Shown here: one piece after another, positions 57,273 through 64,000 of the stretch
Layout of the letters: every line of letters begins with the position of its first letter
Numbering within the stretch: the stretch's first letter is position 1
NCBI GenBank assembly: GCA_963668355.1
Contig: OY764265.1
Span: 1,184,001 to 1,248,000 of the forward strand
Reading direction: 5' to 3'
Length of the DNA stretch: 64,000 nt
Source of the DNA: Bdellovibrionota bacterium
GTDB taxonomy: Bacteria > Bdellovibrionota_G > JALEGL01 > DATDPG01
Program-made: the position numbers and the translations under genes
Notes under the pieces: generated by a model
The model's database searches: none
Told to the model about the DNA's origin: nothing
What the model saw: only the letters and a program-made list of their open reading frames with translations

Positions 57273-57903
57273 TTTTGTCACGCTCCTCATGCTGATGTTT
57301 GTGGCGTGTGAACCGGTTTCTTTTAAGGAGCGCGAGATTTTTTATGCGGTCCCTTCCACGCCCACGCCTCTCCCCACAGCGACTCCACGAGTGGTCAAAA
57401 AGAAACCCAAGAAAAAGATTCAAAGGACCACCCGACGGGAAATTCAAGAGGCCTATTCGGCACTGTTGATGCTGGCCTCGGAGCATGATCTTTTGGAAGA
57501 GGATCTTCCCAGTGTGGATGCTCGAGCGAAGCGTTTAAAAGATGCGTTGAAAGGAATGCCTTCTTCCAACGTGCTTGAGGACTTATATCGAATTCAAGAA
57601 GCCATTCCCCGATTTGAACTGAACCGAGAATTTCTCCAAAAAAAGTTGAAGCGTGTTCGAATGGAACTTCAAAGGTTGAAAGCTGACATTGAAAAAAAGA
57701 AAGTCGTCGAAGAGTTAGTGGAAAAAGTAGATGAGTTTTTGAACCAAGAAAACTTTTTAGATGCCAACCGACTTTTAAATGGGATTTCACGAGACATCAA
57801 GATGTTGGCTGCGACGGCCCAAACGCCTCCAACCCCCTCACCTACAGCAACGCCTTTGTCGACTCCTGAGGTTTCCCCGACCGCCCCCTCAACAGCGGAA
57901 TAA
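57253..57903 (+). CDS. Hypothetical lipoprotein, coiled coil with P/T-rich ends
   Basis: LLMLMFVAC lipobox; PTP repeats; start codon uncertain. Confidence 0.6.
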   Translation: MNCLKHSFVTLLMLMFVACEPVSFKEREIFYAVPSTPTPLPTATPRVVKKKPKKKIQRTTRREIQEAYSALLMLASEHDLLEEDLPSVDARAKRLKDALKGMPSSNVLEDLYRIQEAIPRFELNREFLQKKLKRVRMELQRLKADIEKKKVVEELVEKVDEFLNQENFLDANRLLNGISRDIKMLAATAQTPPTPSPTATPLSTPEVSPTAPSTAE

Positions 57904-58674
57904 GGTCAGAGCATTTTCATTCGTTTGATTCGCAAGTTCCTCAAGGGAAACCTTCTTGATTTGCGCCAGAGCTTTGGCCACTTCAACCACATGGGCGGGT
58001 TCGTTTCGTTTCCCGCGGTACGGAGAAGGAGATAAAAACGGCGCATCGGTTTCAATGAGAAGTCGATCCAGGGGAACGCGTTCGGCAGCTTCCCTTAACG
58101 TTTCGGACTTCTTGAACGTTAAAATTCCGGAAAACGAAACATGTCCTCCCAGTTCAACTACTTTCTCGGCCTCTTCGGCATTTCCCGTGAAACAGTGAAA
58201 AACGCCACCGACGCTTCGGAAGACATCTCTCTTTTGAATTTCCTCATACGTTTGGACGAAGGCATCTCTGCAATGAATGATGACGGGATAGTTTTCTTCC
58301 AAAGCCAAGTCGAGTTGGTCTTGAAAACACCGAATCTGCTCTTTTCGGGGGGAGTTGTCGTAATAAAAGTCCAGTCCAATTTCTCCCACAGCTTTCATGA
58401 ATGATTGATTCAAAACGTTCCGAAGAGAATCTAAGCTTTTCGATGTGAAAAGTTTGGCATCATGAGGATGAACCCCGATCGAACCGATCATGCCTTCAGT
58501 ATTTCGAATCAGATCGCAGGCTTCTTGAACGGTGGTGGGGTCGGGAGCCATTACGACGTTGAGCATATTCATGACGTTGGCGTTTCGAGCTCGCTCCAGA
58601 ACCTCATTTCGGTCGGCATCAAACGCGGGAAGGTTTACGTGGGTATGAGAGTCGAAAAAAACCATTTCCTTCAC
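57889..58674 (-). CDS. tatD: TatD family nuclease
   Basis: DSHTH, GVHPH, GEIGLDF, IIHCR, HCFTG, ETDAPFL. Confidence 0.96.
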   Translation of the reverse strand: MKEMVFFDSHTHVNLPAFDADRNEVLERARNANVMNMLNVVMAPDPTTVQEACDLIRNTEGMIGSIGVHPHDAKLFTSKSLDSLRNVLNQSFMKAVGEIGLDFYYDNSPRKEQIRCFQDQLDLALEENYPVIIHCRDAFVQTYEEIQKRDVFRSVGGVFHCFTGNAEEAEKVVELGGHVSFSGILTFKKSETLREAAERVPLDRLLIETDAPFLSPSPYRGKRNEPAHVVEVAKALAQIKKVSLEELANQTNENALTLFRC

Positions 58675-59495
58675 CGCCGAGGCAACGCACTGTATGTCAA
58701 CAAGAGGTGGTCAAGGTTCAAAGCGATGTTCGCATACCTTCGCAAGGATCGACTTTCTGCTTCAAGGGTTCGGTCAAATAAGTCTTCCAAGCTTTGTCGC
58801 TCATGAAGTGTCCAATTTTCTTGGCTGGAGCGCTCCAGACGATTGCGTAGGGTCTGTTCAAAGGCTTGAAAGAAAAAACGCAGCTCGTTTCGATTCTTGG
58901 CCAAGCGTTGGGTGAACTCAAAAACTTTTTCCGGAGGAAGGGGCGGAGGGGACTCAAGAAGAAGTTGGAGTTCGCCGAGCCAATCGGGAGTTTCTTCTTC
59001 GGACTCTGAGGTTAAAGAGTTTTCGGGAAATCGGATGACCATGAGTCGAGAGTGAACCGTTCGGGGAAGTTGATCCGGAGAGTTTGTGGTCAAGATGATG
59101 ATGGCGTGACTGGGAGGCTCCTCCAGAGTTTTTAGCAAGGCGTTGGCGGCGGCGATATTGAGTGTGTGAGCTTCGTGAACCAAGGCAATCTTTTGAGGGG
59201 CTTCATAGGGTCCGATGTGTACCCATCGTTGAAGATCCCGAATTTGGTCAATCGTGATTTCTTGTTTTTCAGGAACGACCGTTCGAACATCCGGATGGTT
59301 TCCTTCTTGCGCATTCTGACAAGAGATACAGGTTTGACAGGGACGTTGGTCGGGATCGGACGTGCAAACGATTTTTTGAGATAAGGCCAGGGCCACATGG
59401 TTTTTGGATGTGTTTCGTGAGCCCACGAATAAAAGGCCGTGAGGAAGTCGGTTTCGATCCACCATCTCCAAAACGCGTTGTTCAAGGGTGGTCAT
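58671..59495 (-). CDS. holB: DNA polymerase III delta' subunit
   Basis: PHGLLF, C..C..C Zn module, HPDV, AANALLKTLEEPP, TVHSR; lies between tmk and tatD. Confidence 0.9.
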   Translation of the reverse strand: MTTLEQRVLEMVDRNRLPHGLLFVGSRNTSKNHVALALSQKIVCTSDPDQRPCQTCISCQNAQEGNHPDVRTVVPEKQEITIDQIRDLQRWVHIGPYEAPQKIALVHEAHTLNIAAANALLKTLEEPPSHAIIILTTNSPDQLPRTVHSRLMVIRFPENSLTSESEEETPDWLGELQLLLESPPPLPPEKVFEFTQRLAKNRNELRFFFQAFEQTLRNRLERSSQENWTLHERQSLEDLFDRTLEAESRSLRRYANIALNLDHLLLTYSALPRR

Positions 59496-60169
59496 GATGA
59501 GGGTTTCAATCTTTCATCAATCACGGCAAGCATATTTTGTGTGATTTTTTGGGGCGTTCGGTTGGAATCCACAACGACAAATCGGGAAGGATTTTGTTTG
59601 GCTAGACTCAAGTATCCTTCTCGGACCCTGCGATGAAAATCCTTCGCTTCTTTCTCAAAACGATCTTCTTTGGCGCCGGTGGAGGCTTCGATTCGACTCA
59701 ACGCTCTTTCCAGGGCAGCTTCCATGGGCATGTCCATCAAGAGGGTTAAGTTGGGAGTTAGCCCGTCACAAGCCTTTTCATTGAGAGATTGAACCCAGGT
59801 CGGATCCAGTCCGCGACCGAAGCCCTGATAGGCCACCGAGGCATCTGCATACCGATCACAGAGGATTAAATGGTAATTGTGCAGGGCGGGTCGAAGGATT
59901 TGGGATACGTGTTGTGCCCGAGCGGCCTGCAATAGGAACAGTTCACTTAGCGCACAAAGTTGTTCTGAACGAGTTTGAACCAAGATGGCTCGAATTTCAT
60001 TGCCAATGTCTGTACCCCCCGGTTCGCGAGTGGTCAGAACCTTGAGCCCTTTTCTTTGATAGTGCTCGGCAATGGCGCGGACTTGCGTACTTTTCCCTAC
60101 GCCTTCGGTACCTTCAAACGTGACAAAAAGAGCGCGAGGACTATTTTTTTGAGGGTCCAAGGATGTCAT
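59492..60169 (-). CDS. tmk: Thymidylate kinase
   Basis: FEGTEGVGKSTQ, TREPGGT, CDRYADAS.AYQG. Confidence 0.96.
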   Translation of the reverse strand: MTSLDPQKNSPRALFVTFEGTEGVGKSTQVRAIAEHYQRKGLKVLTTREPGGTDIGNEIRAILVQTRSEQLCALSELFLLQAARAQHVSQILRPALHNYHLILCDRYADASVAYQGFGRGLDPTWVQSLNEKACDGLTPNLTLLMDMPMEAALERALSRIEASTGAKEDRFEKEAKDFHRRVREGYLSLAKQNPSRFVVVDSNRTPQKITQNMLAVIDERLKPSS

Positions 60170-60278
60170 CGAGTGAAGGGGTTGATCCGTTGACTCGAAG
60201 CTTCCGCTTTCGATCTTTCCCGGCCCTTACTCGCTTGCGATTTCGGCTTTTTCCCGTTCTTCGTGATGCAGCTGCCAT
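60141..60278 (-). CDS. Small basic protein (45 aa) absent from the ORF track
   Basis: Read by hand: MAAASRRTGKSRNRKRVRAGKDRKRKLRVNGSTPSLDDILGPSKK*; fills the rlpA-tmk gap. Confidence 0.6.
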   Translation of the reverse strand: MAAASRRTGKSRNRKRVRAGKDRKRKLRVNGSTPSLDDILGPSKK

Positions 60279-60350
60279 AATGACGCGCCTTATAGCGAAA
60301 AACCCGCCGAAGGGAAACAGGAAAAGATGAAAATTGCTTGGTTTCGGTGC

Positions 60351-61013
60351 TTATTGCCTCAAAACGAAGCCGTTGTATCCGGATCGCGAGAACTGGGAAA
60401 GCTGTTCTTCCGCCCGTGCCCGCGTGGTCCAAGGTCCGGCCCAAACCCTTTGAAGTCCTTGAAATTGTTTGATTTTTAAAGTTTCCCCGGGGAATTTTCG
60501 TTTCAATTTTTCCAGCATCCGCTGCGCATTGGGGACCTCCCGAAAAGAGCCCAATTGGACGAAGAAATGGCCCTGGGGTGCGGGGGCCGGTGGGGTAGAC
60601 GGAGCAGAACCCAACACCGTCAATTTCACACGGGCGGTACCGGTTTCGACCAGACCAATTTTTCGGGCGGCGGCTAAAGAAAGGTCAATGATTCGTCCCT
60701 TCACAAAGGGGCCGCGATCGGTGATTCGGACGACGGTGGATCGCTGATTATCCAGATTTAAGACTCGAACGCGTGTCTGAAAGGGAAGTGTGCGATGGGC
60801 GGCTGTCATGGCGTACATGTCGTATTTTTCACCTGACGCGGTCAGTCGACCGTGGAACTTTCCTCCATACCACGAAGCATGTCCCTGAAAATCAGACCCT
60901 GGTAAATCATAGAAACCGGAGGGTCGACCTCCACAGGCAGAAAACAGGACCAAAACCCCAAGGAGGATAAAATGGCGCCAGATCGATTCGCTTTTTGTGT
61001 CTCTGCGGTTGAT
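60351..61013 (-). CDS. rlpA: Septal ring lytic transglycosylase RlpA with SPOR domain (lipoprotein)
   Basis: GHASWYG..HGRLTASGE, TAAHRTLP, DRGPF..RIIDLS; SPOR VQLGSF; 5' end uncertain (TTG 60953 vs ATC 61013). Confidence 0.9.
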   Translation of the reverse strand: MNRRDTKSESIWRHFILLGVLVLFSACGGRPSGFYDLPGSDFQGHASWYGGKFHGRLTASGEKYDMYAMTAAHRTLPFQTRVRVLNLDNQRSTVVRITDRGPFVKGRIIDLSLAAARKIGLVETGTARVKLTVLGSAPSTPPAPAPQGHFFVQLGSFREVPNAQRMLEKLKRKFPGETLKIKQFQGLQRVWAGPWTTRARAEEQLSQFSRSGYNGFVLRQ

Positions 61014-61056
61014 TTGTTAGAAACTAGTAGCAGAAATTCCTGAGGTCAAACGGAGA

Positions 61057-61248
61057 ATGAACCCGTATAAAGTAAAAGAGTGTAGCCAAGTTACCGATGA
61101 GGAGCTGGAGCGTGTGATCAATGAAGGAGTAAGCCAAGGCTACTCCTTCGAAGGCATTCATTTTGCGATGCGAGAAGCTTCCAAAAGACCGGCCATGGCC
61201 TTTGTGCTGTTCACAACTGAAAAGAGGACGAAACATGAAGAAAGCTGA
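61057..61248 (+). CDS. Small DUF4177-like protein
   Basis: YKV.E..VTDEELERVINE....G..F; KRPAMAFVLF; GGAGA SD. Confidence 0.7.
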   Translation: MNPYKVKECSQVTDEELERVINEGVSQGYSFEGIHFAMREASKRPAMAFVLFTTEKRTKHEES

Positions 61249-61681
61249 TTTACTGCATCGAGGAATCGCAAAGGTCATCGATTTTTTAATCATGGGGGCG
61301 CTTTGTACGATTCCTACGATTGTGGGCGTCGTCGCCGGGGCGGTATACATTTTGATTTCGGACGGTCTTTATAAGGGGCAGAGTCTTGGTAAAAAACTCA
61401 TCGGGCTGAAGGTCGTTGTGAGAGACCCACAGGGAGAGTGTTCCCGCTCATGTTGGTTTAAAGATTCGATCATCCGCAACCTTCTTTTTGGAATCACGCT
61501 CTTTCTTTCGAGCATTCCCTTGCTGGGCATTTTGTTTTTCTTATTGGGCATTGTGGTCGTGGTGGTGGAAGCCTATTTTGTTTATGCCGATGATCATGGC
61601 ATTCGAGTAGGGGATATTTTTGCAGGGACCCAGGTGGTCGATCACGAGCCGGACGAGGCTGACGTAGAAAACCATGAATAA
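61235..61681 (+). CDS. RDD family membrane protein
   Basis: RGIAKVID, GQSLGKKLIGLKVV, RN, RVGDIFAGTQVV. Confidence 0.88.
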   Translation: MKKADLLHRGIAKVIDFLIMGALCTIPTIVGVVAGAVYILISDGLYKGQSLGKKLIGLKVVVRDPQGECSRSCWFKDSIIRNLLFGITLFLSSIPLLGILFFLLGIVVVVVEAYFVYADDHGIRVGDIFAGTQVVDHEPDEADVENHE

Positions 61682-62450
61682 AAAAAACGTTTTTGTCTTT
61701 CTGCTTCTTGGCGGACTTGTGTTTGCTCAAGCGTGTTCGGGGAAAAAAGCACCGTCCACCATGCGCGACGAAAAAGTCTTCTTTTCAAACAAATTTCGCG
61801 TAGCCGTGTTCGATTATGGAAGTGGGTTTCACCGGTCTGGCCTGGATCAGTGTGAGCAAGAGTTTCCTGCCGTGGAGGTCGTTGGGGAGACCTATGTCCA
61901 TCGCATTCTTAGAAATGCAGGACTTAATCCGGAAGAAATGGCCCGATTTGGAGATGTCTTTGAGCCTTACAAAAAATTGCGAGGGATTCATTTATTGCTG
62001 ATCGCCTTTCGGGAAGGGGGAGAGCATTACCTAAGGATTGTGAATTATTTGGGACGCTATGTGAGTACGGTGGTTCTGGATATTCAAAATCCGACGTGCG
62101 AGGACATTCTTCGGGCTCAGCGAATTGTGGCCGTGGAATCAAATCCACCGTTTGCGGACATCCAAATGAACGGAAGAAAACTTGGCGAGTCGCCTTTGTG
62201 GATCTTTCTTCGGGATGGATCGTATGAAATTGAATGTAAGCTTCCGGGACAAATGTTTTCACCCATTCGATTTAAAATGCCTGGAACAGCACATGTTCAA
62301 TGTTCTCGTGAGAATGTTCAAAGCAAAGCCCAAGTGGATGAGTTTCACAAAATGAGTGGAGAGGAAAAGGCAGGTTCGGTTCTGATTTACCTTGTCGGCA
62401 TTGCGGGTGCCATTGGCTTGGGAATTCTTCCGTTTCTTTTGTTTTTGTAA
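61674..62450 (+). CDS. Lipoprotein with PEGA domain and C-terminal TM
   Basis: FAQAC lipobox; VESNPPFADIQMNGRKLGESPL. Confidence 0.72.
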   Translation: MNKKNVFVFLLLGGLVFAQACSGKKAPSTMRDEKVFFSNKFRVAVFDYGSGFHRSGLDQCEQEFPAVEVVGETYVHRILRNAGLNPEEMARFGDVFEPYKKLRGIHLLLIAFREGGEHYLRIVNYLGRYVSTVVLDIQNPTCEDILRAQRIVAVESNPPFADIQMNGRKLGESPLWIFLRDGSYEIECKLPGQMFSPIRFKMPGTAHVQCSRENVQSKAQVDEFHKMSGEEKAGSVLIYLVGIAGAIGLGILPFLLFL

Positions 62451-62453
62451 TTT

Positions 62454-63293
62454 TTGATGATTCCTGAATTTCTCATCGCTGGCCATTTAACCTGTGACCT
62501 AATCAAAGATCGGAAACAACCGGGAGGGTCGGTTTTGTATGGCTCAAAAACGGCTGAGAAGATGGGTTATGCCTCCGCCCTTTGGACCTGTGCGAAGAAA
62601 AATTTTCCGGAGTCGAGTTTGTTGGGAAACATGTCTGTGGTTCGCTCTTCTTCCGAAAAAATCTCCACCTTCCATCACGAATGGTTGAAAGAAACCGGTG
62701 GCCGTCGGTTGCGATTGGATGAAATGGCCGCGCCCATTCAGGAGAAGACGTTACCTCCGGAGTGGAAGAAAAGTCGGCGCGTCATGATCGCTCCCATATG
62801 GAACGAGATCGGTCCGGAGGCTTTTCACTGGTTTGATACCGATTTCATTGGCTTGACGCCTCAAGGTTGGTTTCGCCAGAGGAACGAAAAGGGAGAGGTG
62901 TATTTTTCCAAATCGCGTTGGAAAGCTCTTCCACGAAAAGCCATGTTGATTGTGGTCAGTGAAGATGACATTGAGCAGGACCCAGAGAGCTGGACCTGGA
63001 TCAAAGCTTCGTCAAAGGTGGCGGTCAAAACCTTGGGGAAGAATGGCCATATTTTGGCGACAGAAGAGGGGGAGGTTCATTTGAAACCGCCTCATGTTTC
63101 CAGAGAGATGGATCCAACGGGAGCCGGAGATGTTTTTGCCTCAGCGATGCTGATTGCCCTTTCGGAAGGGCTGACTCCGGAAGATGCCGCATGCTTCGCC
63201 TCGGTGGCCGCATCATTTGTCGTCGAAAAACCCGGCGTAACAGGCCTCCCCAACCGCGAAGAAATGATGAAACGACTCAAAGAAACAAGATAA
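62454..63293 (+). CDS. PfkB-family carbohydrate kinase
   Basis: GHLTCD, PGGSVLY, KTLGKNG, DPTGAGDVFAS. Confidence 0.9.
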   Translation: MMIPEFLIAGHLTCDLIKDRKQPGGSVLYGSKTAEKMGYASALWTCAKKNFPESSLLGNMSVVRSSSEKISTFHHEWLKETGGRRLRLDEMAAPIQEKTLPPEWKKSRRVMIAPIWNEIGPEAFHWFDTDFIGLTPQGWFRQRNEKGEVYFSKSRWKALPRKAMLIVVSEDDIEQDPESWTWIKASSKVAVKTLGKNGHILATEEGEVHLKPPHVSREMDPTGAGDVFASAMLIALSEGLTPEDAACFASVAASFVVEKPGVTGLPNREEMMKRLKETR

Positions 63294-63310
63294 ATTTGTT
63301 CCAAAAGAAG

Positions 63311-63525
63311 AAGTTCAGAGAAAGAGATCTTCACCTTCCTTCGCTCCGGTGTTCCATTTCCTCGATTCGTTACGGTCACTTCCGGAGGGGCCCCTCGTTG
63401 TCCGCAACGCGCCACCCCTACGGGGTGATCGCGTTTCGTCTCCGTTTCCCCTTCCTCACGTTCCCTAGACGAATCGGTCAATTTCACAGTCGCTCTTGAA
63501 GTTGAAGATCTCTTTCTCTGAACTT
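63311..63525. repeat. MITE-like element with perfect 23-bp terminal inverted repeats
   Basis: AAGTTCAGAGAAAGAGATCTTCA (63311-63333) and its exact reverse complement (63503-63525); internal hairpin CACCCC-TAC-GGGGTG. Confidence 0.7.
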
Positions 63526-63557
63526 TCTGTTTAACGAATCGGTTGAGGGGTCAAAAA

Positions 63558-63686
63558 AGCCGAAGTGCGAGGAGACAAGTTCTGAGCGAAAGCGTGTGGG
63601 GGGGAGCCGGACCGAAGGTCCGGGGGGGAGGTTCCCTCCCCCGAGGTATCGCTTTCGTCCAGAACTTGGCTTCGAGTACTTCGGCT
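63558..63686. repeat. Branched palindromic (REP-like) element
   Basis: AGCCGAAGT/ACTTCGGCT, CAAGTTCTG/CAGAACTTG, CGAAAGCG/CGCTTTCG arms enclosing CCGGACC-GAA-GGTCCGG and GGGAG-N-CTCCC hairpins. Confidence 0.65.
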
Positions 63687-63693
63687 CGAAAAA

Positions 63694-64000
63694 CTAAAGG
63701 CCCAGGGCTTTGATTTTGAGTTGGTGGCCGGGTTTGATTTTGTGCCCGTTTAACTTATTCCAGGCTGAAATATCTGCCACGGTTACGCCATAGCGCCGGG
63801 CGATGTCCCACAAGGTGTCACCTCGTCGAACACGATGAACACGCCACCCTTTCTCTGTGGATGCGGAGTTCACGGTCATGGAGTCAACAGAGTTGATGAC
63901 TTGGTCGGAGTAAATTTTTAGTTTTTGACCGGGGAAGATTTTTTGCCAACGGCCCAAGCCATTCCACTTTCGAATCTGTGTCACGGTGACATCAAACTGC
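63694..64000 (-). CDS. C-terminus of a multi-LysM protein (possibly MltD-like), truncated by the window edge
   Basis: HRVRRGDTLWDIARRYGVTVADISAWN..IKPG.QL plus a preceding partial LysM. Confidence 0.85.
   Translation of the reverse strand, partial: QFDVTVTQIRKWNGLGRWQKIFPGQKLKIYSDQVINSVDSMTVNSASTEKGWRVHRVRRGDTLWDIARRYGVTVADISAWNKLNGHKIKPGHQLKIKALGL

Noticed and set aside
60166..60444. 92-aa ORF from the track between rlpA and tmk
   Set aside because: Overlaps rlpA; the 45-aa basic ORF in another frame is more plausible
1..64000. CRISPR array, tRNA/rRNA, integrase, transposase, prophage or known anti-phage defence genes
   Set aside because: No regularly spaced direct repeats, cloverleaf or recognisable motifs found by eye; a short element could have been missed

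Overview
Bacterial chromosomal window, gene-dense, with no rRNA, tRNA, CRISPR array, integrase or transposase that I could recognise. The gene content suggests a deltaproteobacterial-type organism, probably Bdellovibrionota or Myxococcota-related (inference from two TIGR02266-type PilZ proteins, an FHA-sigma54 activator, a lidless Hsp70 with its own J-protein, a GldAFG-like ABC system and a Bd0109-like RHS protein). The left third (1-22 kb) is accessory. It holds several large orphan secreted proteins with hydrophobic helical domains, an Fe3+/AfuABC-class ABC importer and an SLC5 Na+/sugar symporter. Its most striking gene is a ~2077-aa signal-peptide protein carrying a complete disaccharide-osmolyte synthesis cargo (HAD phosphatase + SPS/MfpsA-like GT4 synthase + two degenerate P-loop kinase domains). 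This gene lies tail-to-tail with a cytoplasmic GT4-kinase paralog. Next come a candidate sRNA and a three-gene trans-envelope electron conduit (cNMP-domain/4x[4Fe-4S]/cytochrome b protein, 27-heme cytochrome c, beta-barrel porin). The rest is mostly housekeeping and signalling (clpB, recQ, ggt, suhB, tatD-holB-tmk, rlpA, PfkB kinase), plus an unannotated 45-aa basic ORF and three long intergenic palindromic elements. All family assignments come from motif recognition by eye; no database searches were run.
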